From NCBI RefSeq assembly GCF_009914755.1, contig NC_060929.1: a stretch of DNA of 64,000 bases; one strand, 5' to 3'. Below, in pieces: positions 19,862 to 32,625 of this stretch. A model generated the notes under the pieces. The model saw nothing but the letters and a program-made list of their open reading frames with translations. It searched no databases and had not been told where the DNA came from. The position numbers and the translations under genes are program-made. The number at the start of each line of letters is the position of its first letter. The first letter of the stretch is position 1. The stretch is from the human T2T-CHM13v2.0 reference genome, Homo sapiens.

Positions 19862-20724
19862 CAGTAGTCCTCCTGTATCTGTGGTTTCACTTTCCATGGT
19901 TTCAGCTACCTGTAGTCAACTGTACTCCAAAACTATTAAATAGGAAATTTCATAAATAAATGGTTCATAAGTTTTTAAGTTGCATGCTGTTCCATGTAGC
20001 ATGGTAAAACCTTGTGCAGTCCCCCTAGATCCTGCCCAGGATGTGAATAATCCTTTTGTCCAGTGTATCGGTGGTATGTACACTCCCTGCCCATTAGTCA
20101 CTTAGTAGTTGGCTCAGTTATCAGATTGACTGCCACTGTGTCATGGTGCTTGTGTTCAGGTAACCCTTATTTTACTTACTGATGATCCCAAAGCACAGAA
20201 GTAGTACTACTGGCAATTTGAATACACCAAAGAGAAGCCATAAAGTGCTTCTTTTAAGTGAAAAGGTGAAAATTCTCGACCTAATAGGAAAAGAAAAAAA
20301 AATTGTATTGCTAAGACCTAAGGTAAGAATGAGTATTTTGTGTGTGACATTGTGAAGGAAAAAAATTTGTGCTAGTTTTGCTGTCACACCTCAAATTGCG
20401 AAAGTTAAACCCACAATGCTTAAGTACTTCCACAGACAGTTCCTGACTTAACGATGGTTAGACATTTCAGTTTTATTGTGGGTTTATCTGGACATAACTC
20501 TGCTGTAAGTCGAGGATCATCTGGATTTATGATGGTTCGAATTACAATTTTTTAATTTACAATGGGTTAACTGGCATATTTATTTCCGACTTACAGTGGC
20601 TTTTTTGGGATGTTACTTCTTCATAAATCATGGAGCATCTGTATGGAATTTGGTACTAGCTGTGGTTTCAGGCATCTACTGGGGATCTTGAATGTATTCC
20701 CCTCAGATAAGCGGGGGACTACTA
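19862..20724 (+). mobile_element. MER44 (Tigger7-derived) DNA transposon
   Basis: TIRs cagtagtcc... / ...gggggactacta with TA flanks; contains a nested MER47. Confidence 0.8.
20433..20641 (-). mobile_element. MER47B/Tigger5-derived element nested in MER44
   Basis: Two copies of the aagtcgaggagcatctg-type end (about 20508-20523 and 20625-20641). Confidence 0.7.
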
Positions 20725-21804
20725 TACATTGTTCAAATATCTGAGAATTAAGCCATTAAGGGCCAGATCTTGAGCATTTAAGTACTAGTGAGTATGGCAC
20801 AAACATTAGATTCTCCCACTTCTTCCTACTCTCCCCTGCCATTGCACAGCTAAGGGAGAGATGCTTTAAGGCTTCAGAGGCACTATGTTGAGGATCATTT
20901 TATTCTCTAGTAAAGTGTCTCTCCATGTATTACTAACTCTTTTCCTTACTATATCTCCTATTCATTACCCTTGTAAGCAGTAAATAGTTACCAAGTTTTA
21001 TACCCATACAACTGTTTTTTCATTGCTTTCATTCCTCATTGGTATATTTGGAAAAATTGCTACTGTATGCCCAGGAGCTCCTGCCTCACTCTCAAAGACA
21101 TCACAAACCCAGATATTTCCAGAAAGCTAAATTCCAGATTGTTAAAGGTCTTTTGTCTCTTTCTTACAAAACAATTTTTCTGTCACAGTACTGTAATATA
21201 CACTGTAAAACAGTAAAGATTCATTGCTGAGTAGGAATAAATAATAGAATTCCAGAGTGTACTATTTCTCTTAGCCCTTCCTACTGAACAACAGCAATAA
21301 GAACAAATGGTAAATGAACAAACCCAAGTATGACAATTAAATTTATTCAATATGTTGTATTTACAAATATAAATGCAAATCTGTATTAGTATTTTAATCC
21401 TCATAGTCATTATGAACCTTATCTCAAAGGATTTGATCTGCAAACGTCAAAATTTCAGGTTTGGGTTTATTTATGAGTCTTCCAATGATCTTACTTTCAA
21501 TGTTTTTATACTTAGTTCTGAAAATTAAATTAACCAAATAACTAAAAAGATGATTTTAAATTTTATTTTATGAAATGACAGATGGTTTCTGGTTAACTGT
21601 GTTTTATTTTTTGTTGCATATTTGTTAAAAAGAGAATGGTTAGATCTGGAAAATGCTGTTAAACATTCCTTCTTTTAGTTTTATGTTCAGACATTTATTA
21701 TTCAGCAGTGAGTATGATGGCTTTTTAAATAACCAAATCAGTTGGAAATTAAAGCTGCTTTTAAAAATGTCTTAGTCATATATTTGTTGTATGCCACATC
21801 AGAA

Positions 21805-21827
21805 TGTGTGTGTGTGTGTGTGTGTGT
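21805..21827. repeat. (TG)n microsatellite
   Basis: About 11 perfect TG units. Confidence 0.9.
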
Positions 21828-21859
21828 ATAGTTTTCAGTCTGGTTGTTATAAGTCTCTT

Positions 21860-24800
21860 GGCAAGGGTAAAAGTCATGGGAGCACCAAATGATGACTCTT
21901 AAACCTTCTGTTTAGGAATGGCACATATCACTTCTATGTACATTCCATTGCCCAAAGTAAGTCAGATGGCCCAGCTTGAAGGTTAATAGGGCAGCAAAGT
22001 GTGATTCTTTTACCAGGGAATGAGAACAAATAATTGGAAGCAATAATACAACTTAACACATATACACTCTTAATATGTTTTTGACCCTCTTGGTCAAAAA
22101 TATTTCTCTTTTTTACACATGTAAAATACCCACTCCACAAGGTATATAGTCATAAGTCCCATCCCAGACTCAAAGTGCAGAATTTAATGACAGCTGTTGT
22201 ATCAAGTCTCCATATGGCCCTTCTTGATCCAGTGAGCTAAGAACTAAAAAGACAAATTTTCTGCCCCACATATACCCAATATACACTGCTGGAGCAGGAA
22301 CAGGATAATCACAATAACTCCAATTTAGAAAGGGAAAATTGGAAGCACACAAAAGTCGCTGGTCAATAGCAATTTTGAAATCCCACTGATATATGTTGTG
22401 AAGGAATCCTACATTGTGGTAGGGATATTTATTTATTTATTTTTTTAGTTCGGATTCTGTTCTCTACCATTATATCCCTAGTCCATTGTCTCTATGGTTT
22501 TTAAACTCTGAATTTTATGTGGCTCATTCTTTTCCAGTATCTTCCTTGGCCACATCAGAAGATATTGAAGTATATATGTCTTTTTAGGGCTGAGAAACTT
22601 TTTCAGGCTACTTCATTGCCATAGAGGATTGGGGCCAAAGGGTCATTATAAATCTCAAATAGTCCAAGTCTCTTAGTCCATGCAAGAAGCTGTCATGGCA
22701 GAACTGTCTAAACCTTAGCTTTTTATGTATTTTATTCAAGGTGTTTACATGTGTCAGAAGCTATTTTGAAGATAGTTATTTTGATGACATGTCCATCTTT
22801 CTTTAGACTTAATTGCTGGCCTGTTAAACTTATAAGATTTCCATGAGAAAACATACATAGCCTCTTTCCCCTGATCTACTTTTGTCCAAGGATTTGTAGG
22901 GGCTACACTTAATCTAGAAAGAACTTGTTGAGTGCCACTTTTAATTTATGAAGAGAATATAACAAAGGACATCACAGTTATATGCAGTCAAACCTTGTAT
23001 TTTTGCACTTTGCTTTATTTCACTTTGTAGATACTGTGTTTTTAACAAACAGAAGGTTTGTGACAACCCTGCATTGAGCAAGTCCATCGGCATCATTTTT
23101 CCAATAGAATGTTCTCTTTTTGTGTCTCTTTGTCACATTTTGGCAATTGTTGCAATATTTTAAACACTTTTGTTATAATATCTGTTATGGTAATCTGTGG
23201 CCAGTGAACTTTGATATTACTATTGTAATTGTTTTGGGGCATCACCAACTATGCCCATATAAGATGGTGAACTTAATCCATAACTGTTGTATGTGTTTAG
23301 ACTGCTCTACTGACCAGCCATTCCCCCATCTCTCCCTTTCCTTGGGCCTCCCTGAGACACAATAATATGTAATTTAGACTAATTAATAACCCTACAGTGG
23401 TCTCTAAGTGTTCATGTGAAAGGAAGAGTCACATATGTCTCACTTTACAACAAAAGCTATAGATTAGTAAGCTTAGTGAGCAAGGCATGTGGAAAGTCAG
23501 GATATCCTAGGCCTCTTGCACCAAATAGTTAGCTAAGTTGTGAAAGCAAAGAAAAAGTTCTTGAAAGAAATTAAAAGTGCTACTCCAGTGAATACACAAA
23601 TAATAAGGAAAAAACAGCCCCATTGCTGATATGAAGACAGTTCGAATGGTCTATGTAGAAGATGAAACCAGCCACAATATTCCCTTAAGCCAAAGCCTAA
23701 TCCAGAGCAAGTTCCTATCATTAATTCTTTGAAAGCTGAGAGAGCACAGGAAGCTTCAGAAGAAAAGTGTGAAGCTAGCAGAGATGGGTTCATGAGGTTT
23801 AAGGAAAGAAGCTGTCTCTATAACAAAAAAGTGCAAGGGGAAGCAGTAAGTACTGGTGTAGAAGCTGCACCAAGTTATCTAGAAGGTCTAGCTAAGATCA
23901 TTGATGAAGGCAACTAACTAAACAACACATTTTCAATGCAGACATAACAGCCTTCTGTTGGAAGAAGATGCCCTCTAGGACTTCATAGCCAGAGAGAAGT
24001 CAATGCCTGACTTCAAAGGATAGGCTTACTCTCTTGCTAGGGGCTAATGCAGCTGGTGACTAAGCAGAAGCCAGTGTTCAATTTACCTGTTTCATAAATC
24101 ATAAGGCCCTTAAGAGTTATGCTAAATCTACTCTGCCTGTGTTCTATAAATGGAAGAACAAAGTCTGGATGACAGCACATCTGCTTACAGCATGGTATAC
24201 TGAATATTTTAAGCCCACTATTGAGATCTCCTTCCCAGAAAAAAAAAGGCTTTTCAAAATATCAGTGCTTGTTGACAGTGTACCTAGTCACCAGAGAGCT
24301 CTGCTGGAGGTGTACAAGGAGATTAATGTTGTTTGTATGCCTGCTAATAAAACATACATTCTGCAGTCCATGGATCAAGGAGTAATTCTGACTTTAAAGT
24401 CTTATATTTTAAGAAATACATTTACTAAGGCTATAGCTGCCATAGATAGTGATGCCTGTGATGGATCTGGGCAAAGCACATGGAAAACCTTCTGGAAAGG
24501 ATTCATCAATCTAGATGCCATAAAGACCATTCATGAGTCCTATGAGAGGGTGCAAATAACATTAACAGGAGTTTGAGAAAAGTTAATTGCAGCCCTTATG
24601 GATGACTTTTAGGGGTTCAAAACCTCAGTGGAGAAAGTAACTGCAGATGTGGTGGAAATTACAAGAGACCTAGAATTAGAAGAGGAGCCTGAAGATATGA
24701 CTGAATTGCTACAATCTCATGATACAATTTGAAAAATGAGAAGTTGCTTCTTATGGATAAGCAATGAAAGTGGTGGTGTCTTGAGATGGAATCTATTCCT

Positions 24801-26188
24801 GGTGAAGATGCTGTGAACATGGTTGAAATGACAATTTAGGATGTTCCATAAACTTAATTGATAAAGCAGCAGCAGGATTTAAGAGGATTGACTTCAATTT
24901 TGAATGAAGTTTTACTGTGGATAATATGCTATAAAACAGCATTGCATGCTACAGATAAATTTTTGTGAAAAGAAGAGTCTAACAATGCAGAAAACTTCAT
25001 TGTTGTCACAGGCACTCCTTCCTCCAGCAACCACCACCCTAATCAGTCAGTAGCCATCAGCATCAAGACAAGACCCTTCACCTCCAAAAAGGATTATGAC
25101 TTACTGAAGGCTCAGATGATCATTAGTACTTTTTAGCAGTAATGTGGGTTTTAATTAAGCATGTACATTAGTTTTGTAAGCACAAAGCTATTACACACTT
25201 AATAGACTACATTATAGTGTAAACATAACTTTTGTATGCACTGGGAAACCAAACAATGTGTGTGTCTTGCTTTATTGCAATATTCACTTTAATGAAATGG
25301 TTTATTACTAAACCCGCAGTGTCTCCAAGGTGTAGGTATACTAGATTTGGTCTTTGACTCTGGGTCAGCCTTTGTTTCTCAGAGCTTATTTAACTTTTAT
25401 CTTTCACTGGTTGAGCATGAGAAAAAACTGTTATCTTTAACTCTGGGGGTCCTATAATTTCTAGATTCTTCTCTTTCTTCCTTTGTTGATGTTTGAAACC
25501 AGATCATTTCCTTCTGAGCTTATCTTTTTCTTGTTGTACCATATTAAATGCAGCCAGTAGCAACCAAGGCATGTTACTGAATTTTTTTTTTTAAGCTCAT
25601 TTTGCTCTATATCGTCTGCCAGTTTACTACAGGTGACAGTTTTACCATATGCGTCACCAGTGTATGAGTTCTATTTTTTATTTATATCTTTCAACCTCTA
25701 ATAACAGTTTCCTAAGTCACTGCCACATATTTCAGACTATGTTACATAAGTACCTCTATTCCTGATACCAGTTTTTGTATTAGTCACTACATTAATTACT
25801 ACATGTTAATGTAGTAACATTCTGCCCCTAAATCTCAGTGGCTTATAAGCAACAGAGATTTATTTATTTCTCATGTTTCATGTTGGCTGCTGCTCTGATT
25901 TAGTGACTTCTTAACTAAGGATCTAGTTAAGAGATCTAGAATGATGGAGCATCCACTATAACAGACATGTCATTATTAAGACCAAGGTAAAAGTGTCATG
26001 GTAGAACCATGCAATGACTCTTTAAGGAAATCTGTTTATACATGGTTTCAATTGCTTCCACTCACGTTCCTTTCGACAAAATAAGTCAGATAGCCTAGCT
26101 TGATATCAATGGAGTGGACATATTTTATCCTAATCCTTACAGGGATTAAAAGTAGCTAATTAGCTATAGAAAAATCTAATCTCTCACA
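21860..26188 (-). mobile_element. MLT1 (J/K-like) MaLR provirus: partial 3'LTR, internal region and 5'LTR, split by Tigger1
   Basis: Two homologous LTR segments (about 21860-22060 and 25776-26188) share ggtaaaagt..catgg, atgactctt and aaa.taagtcagat.gcc.agcttga. The LTR/internal junction ttcctgataccagtttt|tgtattagtc is the typical MaLR primer-binding-side junction. Confidence 0.7.
22985..25338 (+). mobile_element. Full-length Tigger1 DNA transposon (decayed transposase)
   Basis: About 2.35 kb with degenerate caggcatacct TIRs. Transposase pieces 23729-23917 ([13 protein letters not shown]) and 24139-24576 ([13 protein letters not shown]...[18 protein letters not shown]_1-like). Confidence 0.93.
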
Positions 26189-26651
26189 GCTGTATTGTAT
26201 TTTTATACTTTTAAAAATGTAACTTGCAGTTATTGCATTTGAAAAGAGCTAAGCTAAATAAAAAGGTAGATTTCTTGAAACCCAATTGCATAAGAATTGT
26301 TTTCTGTGAGATTGTTTATTCACAAAATAATAATATGTTTATAATTCAATCTGAGAATCAAAAACAACTGTTTGAAAGAGTATGTATTATACTGTTGATG
26401 ATATCACAGTGGGAAGGCAGGTTCCAATCATAAATAATATATGTAAAAAACTGTGGAAGCTTTAACAAAAACAACATTAATTTAGGTGTCTGTTTTTGAA
26501 TGAAAGGATAAAATACATAGGCTAGCCAGCATAGCAGGTAGGACATTTTGAAAAGGGAGGTAAATTTAAACTAAAACCAGAAAGATTATATGACCTATAT
26601 ATAAAAAGGAAATATGTACTTTTTAGTTTCCTCTAAAAAGATGTGACCATA

Positions 26652-27113
26652 CAATAGCAAAGACTTGGAACCAACCCAAATGTCCAACAATGATAGACTG
26701 GAGTAAGAAAACATGGCACATACACACCATGGAATGCTATGCAGCCATAAAAAGTGATGAGTTCATGTCCTTTGTAGCGACATGGATGAAGCTGGAAACC
26801 ATCATTCCCAGCAAACTATCACAAGGACAAAAAACCAAACACCACATATTCTCACTCATAGGTGGGAATTGAACAATGAGAACACATGGACACAGGAAGG
26901 GGAACATCACACACTGAGGACTGTTGTGGGGTGGGGGGAGGAGGGAGGGATAGCATTAGGAGATATACCTAATGCTAAATGACAAGTTAATGGGGGCAGC
27001 GCACCAGCATGGCACATGTATACATAGGTAACAAACCTGCATGTTGTGCACATGTACCCTAAAACTTAAAGTATAATAATAATAAAATAAAAAATAAAAA
27101 AATAAAAATAAAA
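26652..27113 (+). mobile_element. Young 5'-truncated L1PA (about PA3-4) 3' end
   Basis: Canonical 3'UTR with G-rich tract and aaaacttaaagtataataat tail; TSD aaaaagatgtgaccata at 26635-26651 and 27114-27130. Confidence 0.95.
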
Positions 27114-27659
27114 AAAAAGATGTGACCATAAAATGGTTAATGTAATCCAAAATATCCCCCCAAATTATTGTAAAAAGCTTAACTGTGAGCCAAAGGATAG
27201 CAAATCTCTTCATGCTTTCTGTCATTTCACTTTCTGTACCCTTTGCAGGCATTAATAACCAATTATGGCTCTTTCCCATCTAGTATAAGACAAGCCCCCA
27301 GGAAATCTCAACACAATACTCTAAATATATTGGGTAGTCATTATTCATTTAATAATATCAGTATTGATTTAATTAGGTTGGCTTAGGACATGAAACCTAT
27401 TTGCTATTTCTGACACTTAAGACTTGGTTAAACTGCATTTAAAAATTAGTGTTAATATTTAGACATCTATTCTTTGATTCCAAATGTATAATAGAGAAAG
27501 ACAAAATGAAGATTAATTAAAAGACATGGTTGAAATCCTTATTCTCTAACTGAGAAAACAAAATATTTTAAGGCATCCAGAGAAGACTTAAAAAGCTAAG
27601 TATGAGTAAGTGTGTTGTTTAGTATAAATCTGAGTGATATACATATAGCCCTCAAAATA

Positions 27660-28011
27660 TAGATGTTCCTCAACTTACAGTGGGGTTACATCCTGATAAA
27701 CTCATAACTTAAAAATATCATAAGTCAAAAATGTATTTAATACACCTTACCTATCAAACAACATAGCTTAGCCTAGTCTACCTTAAACGTGCTCAGAATG
27801 CGTTCATTAGCAAAATCATCTAACATAAAGCCTATTTTATAATAAAGTGTTGACAATTTTCACGTAATGTATTGAATACTACACAGAATGTGAAAAACGG
27901 AATGGTTGCATGGGGACTTGAAGTATGGTTTCTGCAGAACATGTATCACTTTTGCACCAGTGAGAAGTCAAAAAATTTCAAGTCAAACCATTATAAGTTG
28001 GGGACCATCTG
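27660..28011 (+). mobile_element. MER47A (Tigger5-derived)
   Basis: agatgttcctcaacttac..ggggttacatcctgataaa...aagttggggaccatctg, TA flanks. Confidence 0.8.
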
Positions 28012-28288
28012 TAATCTGCTAAATTGCAGGAAGCAGTATGGCTGAAGCAGGTAGTCTTCTCAGAAATGAATCTTTAATTGGACTTCGGAAGAAATTTTTA
28101 AATTTGTGGGAAATGATTAGAAAGCTTAATAGTATGAATTTTAGAAGAGCTTAATAGTATGAATCAAGATACAAATTTCAGCTATTCTAAGAAGAAAGCC
28201 AAGGCTATTCTGATTGCAGTGCAGTTATGCATAGGAAGAATGAAAGGTGAAGAGAGTCTAGTTTATGGAGAGCTTTGAATAACTGATT

Positions 28289-28680
28289 CAGTCAATCCTC
28301 ATTATTTGTTAGTTCCACATTTGTGAATTTGCATACTCACTAAAATTTATTTGTAACTCCAAAATCAGTACTCACAGTGCTTTTGTAATCATTCGTTGAC
28401 ATGCACAGAACAGCAAAAAACTGTAATCTTATGTGCATATTCCCAGCTGAGGTCAAACAAGGCAACAGTCTGGCTTCTTGTTTCAGTTCTATTACTATAG
28501 ACAAGTGTCATTTTGTAGTCTGTTTAGTGTCAGGTCACAGTTTTTGCATTTAAATGAGGTGTCTTTAAACAGCAACAAACATTAAACAAAGTTATATATT
28601 GATTATTTCACAAAAGTGTAGCCAGGGGCTTGGAGGAACCTAATTCTATGTTTTTCCAAGGAACAATGGTTCAGTGTTTC
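28289..28680 (+). mobile_element. MER82-like TcMar-Tigger element, partial
   Basis: cagtcaatcctcattattt...tactcactaaaatttatttgtaac...ttcccagctgaggtcaaacaaggcaac. Confidence 0.65.
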
Positions 28681-29206
28681 TGAGGAGTAAGTTTTGGTGG
28701 GAGTTGGTAGTGTTTCCTGTCATCTCTTATTCCAGAATATGGCACTTTGCCACCCAAGACTGGTTTCCTATTTTACTCCCACCTTGCTCAGAGTAAAAAT
28801 ATAAAGGGGGATTTTTCTGTATTCTTCAGTTACCAGTAACTTAAAATTGGAATATGCAACAACCTTTTACTAAAGTCTTAGAGATAACGACTAAGATGAG
28901 TACTTAATCTGCAGAACTAGAAACATCTTAGAATTGAATATTAAACTTCACTTTTTCTAAAAGTTCTTCAGCTGACTCCCCCATAGGCAAATGCATTCTT
29001 CTCCTAGTCCTGTTCTAGCTTGTGTTTCTGCTCTCCTCCTCCTTCTGTAACTCTCTCTTATCCATTGTTTTATAAAGCAGAATAATTTGCCCTCTTCTTT
29101 TCTCATCCTTGCTGTCCTTAACCCTCCTTCCAGCCTAATCCAGATGCCAATCTCCACGTAATCAAAAAGTCTATTAATGTATTTCCTCCAACATTAATAG
29201 ATGTAT

Positions 29207-30070
29207 TTCCATATTTTGGTGAAAATGTCATTTAACAGTCATAGGAACAAAGGCAAGGAATGTAAAAGGCCTAAAGAATTCATGAAACTTTGACTACCTG
29301 AAAGTTAAAAGAGCAGTTATATACCTTCAATGTTAGGGACTCTGGCTCAGCCAGCAGTTTTCAAAATAGGAAAATAATTTTCCACCTACTATATTAGCAT
29401 AATTTATATGATTGTATGTAATTGGTAAGAAAGTATTTCTTGAATTCAGCAGAAAACATATTCACTCAGAGTACATAATGAAAGCCGTGATCCCATCAAC
29501 CATAGAATTGATTTAGATTTGTTTTATATATATGAAGGAGCCAAAACAATATTTTCTTTCCCGTTTCTTCCTATATGGAAAATAGTTTGTCAGACTGTTT
29601 TAGCCTCCATAATGTAAATTTTTTTGTTTTTTTAATATTTTGGTAGAAAATACTAATATCGGACCTTTTCACCAAATGTGGTTCTAATATTGTGGTGTGT
29701 TTGTTTTAATTATTAATAATTAATACTTGGAGATCTCTTGAACTGTTTAATATTTTCTTTAATATATTGAAGTGATTTGTTTAATGTTATAATCTATCTG
29801 ATTTATACCTGTTTATAGGTTCTTTATAAACAAAATAGGGATTTAGTTGCTTCTATTTTAGTAATATATATAAATAAATTCAGCAACCACTCAAACCTTT
29901 ATATTTTAAAAAATCATTCAGTTTATTCTTTACCAACTCTTAGCAGTGTCAGGTTGACTGGCTTTTATATTTATATTAATTTTTCCATTCATCTTTTGGC
30001 GAAAATGTCGTTTAACAGTCAAAGGAACAAAGGCCTAGAGAATTCATAAAACTTTGACTACATGAGAGTT
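29207..30070 (+). repeat. Dispersed direct repeat of about 100 bp (copies about 29207-29306 and 29982-30070)
   Basis: Both copies read ttttgg(t/c)gaaaatgtc(a/g)tttaacagtca(t/a)aggaacaaaggc...cta(a/g)agaattcat(g/a)aaactttgactac(c/a)tga(a/g)agtt. Confidence 0.9.
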
Positions 30071-30139
30071 TCTTATAATTTACACTTAATAAGATCCTGC
30101 CAGATTTGTTGTAGTGCCCTTTCTCAGATGGGTATCTAT

Positions 30140-30375
30140 GATGGGAATATTTTCAAACTCATTATATGAGACCAGCATTACCCTCATATCAAAAAACTTA
30201 CAAGAAAACCACTAGTCGGTATCATTCATGAAGATAGATGTAAAAATCCTCAACAAAGTATTAGCAAACCAAATTCAACAAGTATAAAAAGAATTATTTA
30301 TATGCCACAACCACATAGGATTTAGTCCAGGGATGCAAGTCTGGATCCACATTCAGAAATTAATATAATTTGTCA
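30140..30375 (+). mobile_element. L1 ORF2 fragment
   Basis: aactcattatatgagaccagcattaccct...gatgtaaaaatcctcaacaaagtattagcaaac. Confidence 0.8.
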
Positions 30376-31090
30376 TATGGCTTAAACTATTAAAAGTAAA
30401 TGTTCACAATTACTTTCATTTCAGCCACTTCCCCTAGAGATCTAGGCTACAGGGGCACACATAGTCTGCCTACCATGTTATTGTAGATGACATTTTACCA
30501 AATGTTTTGTCATTGCTTAATATATGTCTCAATCTTTTAGCCTCTGAGTATCAGTCTCCTCACTGCTAAACCAGTGCCTCATATTTTAGGTTTTTGTTAT
30601 GACTGCAAAATACTTTTGCAAAAAAAAAAAAAAGAAACCCTGTTACTGATATAACAGTTTTTGTAGTACTTGATAACATTAGCTGCTATAACTGATAAAT
30701 ACCAGATCTCAGTTGTTTTTTGTGACAAATTTTTATTTCTCACTCAAGTGAAGTCCTAATTAGCACATAGTTCTTTTGTAAATGGCAATCCAGAGATCCA
30801 GGTTCCCTCCATCTTCTAGCTCTATCATATTTCAGTATGTGACTTCTACTGCCACTCATCTGCCTCAATCTGGAAGGGGAAAGAGTGTGGAGGACCACTA
30901 ATGAAAGGATTTATTGTATATGGGCTAACCCTGGAAGTGGCGCATCTCACTTCTGCTTACATTCCTTTGGTTAAAACTCAGTCACATCAGTAATTCATTT
31001 CTTCTGCCACACCTAATTCACAGGAACTCTGGATATATAATCTAGCTAAGGACCTGGGAAGAATAATGGGCTTAGTGAACAACTATAAGT
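30376..31090 (-). mobile_element. MLT1 internal fragment plus MLT1K-like LTR, degenerate
   Basis: gacattttaccaaatg...cacatattttagg-type internal sequence, then LTR with tagctgctataac...cacttctgcttacattcctttgg...cagtcacat. Confidence 0.5.
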
Positions 31091-31173
31091 AAATGGATAG
31101 TAATACACTTTTTATCACTTTCAGACTTAAAAATACCAAGAAGAATTTCATGGTAGAAATTACAGATTATTTG

Positions 31174-31305
31174 GGTGGGGCACAGTGGCTTACTATAATC
31201 CAAACTCTTTAGGAGGCCTAGGAGGGAGGACCACTTAATGCCAGGAATTCAATACCAGGCTGGGCAATAAAGTGACACCCCATCTCTACCAAACAAAAGA
31301 AAATA
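31174..31305 (+). mobile_element. FLAM/Alu monomer
   Basis: ggtggggcacagtggctta...ccaggaattcaataccaggctgggcaataaagtgacaccccatctct, then A-rich tail. Confidence 0.8.
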
Positions 31306-31849
31306 AATTACAGTTACTTTGATCTGAAATATGCTAGCTGTTAGCCTGGCTCTTTGGGATAGAGGAAGTAAGTTATGGTTGATATAGTTCAAACTAAATA
31401 CTAACCAAACTGTAAAAGCATAGATCTGCATCACACATTGGAATTTACGTCACTAAGTACTTGCTTTGTGTCCAGTATGGCATGTACTAAAGTATAGTAC
31501 CCAATCCTTGAGACACAAAGTCCTATGGTTTCCTGCCTCCAGGTAGGAAAAAAAATAGATGGAGATGTACATGTACATGAACTAGAGTGTGGGTCCAAAA
31601 TTCTGAAAGGAGTCTGCAAGTTCTCTCCTCTTTCCTGTTTTATCTTTTTGTAACCAAACTACCTTCCTGTTTCTCAGTGGCTCCAAAGTCCTTACTGTTT
31701 TTGAAGATTTTTTCATAAACTGTTCCTTTTGCCCAAAATGTTCTTTCTCTTCTTTTCCTGGTTAATTTGTACATACCATTCAGATCTGACATGGTCTGGT
31801 TTAGTGGACATTTTTGGGAAACGTCTTCAGTATCGATTCCTACCATCTT

Positions 31850-32365
31850 CTACCAATAATCTCCTGATTCTCCATTAGAAAATTCACCGTTCCCCCATTT
31901 ATAGCCATAACCATGTGCTCTGATTAGATTAAATGATTTAGTGTCAGTTGTCTCCCTGAGGATAGGGTTTTTCCTAAGGATAGGTAAACAAACCCTCTTC
32001 AGGCCAATGAAAGAGAATGGATATCCGATATTATGCAAGAGCCACTGGAAAAGACCCTCTTTATTTCTTTGGATAGTATGATGGTACACGTATGCGAGAG
32101 TTGCAGCTGCCAGAGCCATTTGAGGGTGCAAGGGAGAGAGAATGAAGCTGCTAGGCATTAGGAGAAAATTGTCATCACAGATAGCAGAACAAGAAAATTC
32201 AGGTTCTTAGAGATGTCCTTTAGGCTACTGAGTAAGTTCTTACCTGAAACTAGATATACTTCTGGATTTTTTCAGTGTCTTATACCAACAAATTCCATTT
32301 TAATTGTTGAGCCACATTGAGTTCCATTTTTGGCCACTTGTAACAAAAAGATTTCTAACAAGATC
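31850..32365 (+). mobile_element. Old MLT1 (K/L-like) LTR between L2 fragments
   Basis: ccaatgaa...gcagctgcc..agccatt...aaattccat...cacttgtaacaaaaagatttctaac. Confidence 0.5.
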
Positions 32366-32625
32366 TCAACTTAAATAGCACATCCTCACAGATGCCTTTC
32401 TGGACTGGAGACTAATTAGAGTTCCTCCGTTTCATGGTTTCTTAGCACCCTCTTATTCTCCTCCATTAGCCTAAAAGTTCTATGCTGTATTGTCAGAGCC
32501 TGGGACAGTACCTGGTACGTAGTACACATTCAAATATTTGTTAAGCATATATAAAGATAAGAACCTGAATTAGGAAGTAGCAATGAAAATAAGAGAAAGC
32601 ATCAAACCACAGGGAAGTGGAGGGG

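Noticed and set aside
24139-24576. 145-aa transposase-like ORF as a domesticated TIGD-type gene
   Set aside because: A fragment of a Tigger1 copy whose transposase has many stops and frameshifts.
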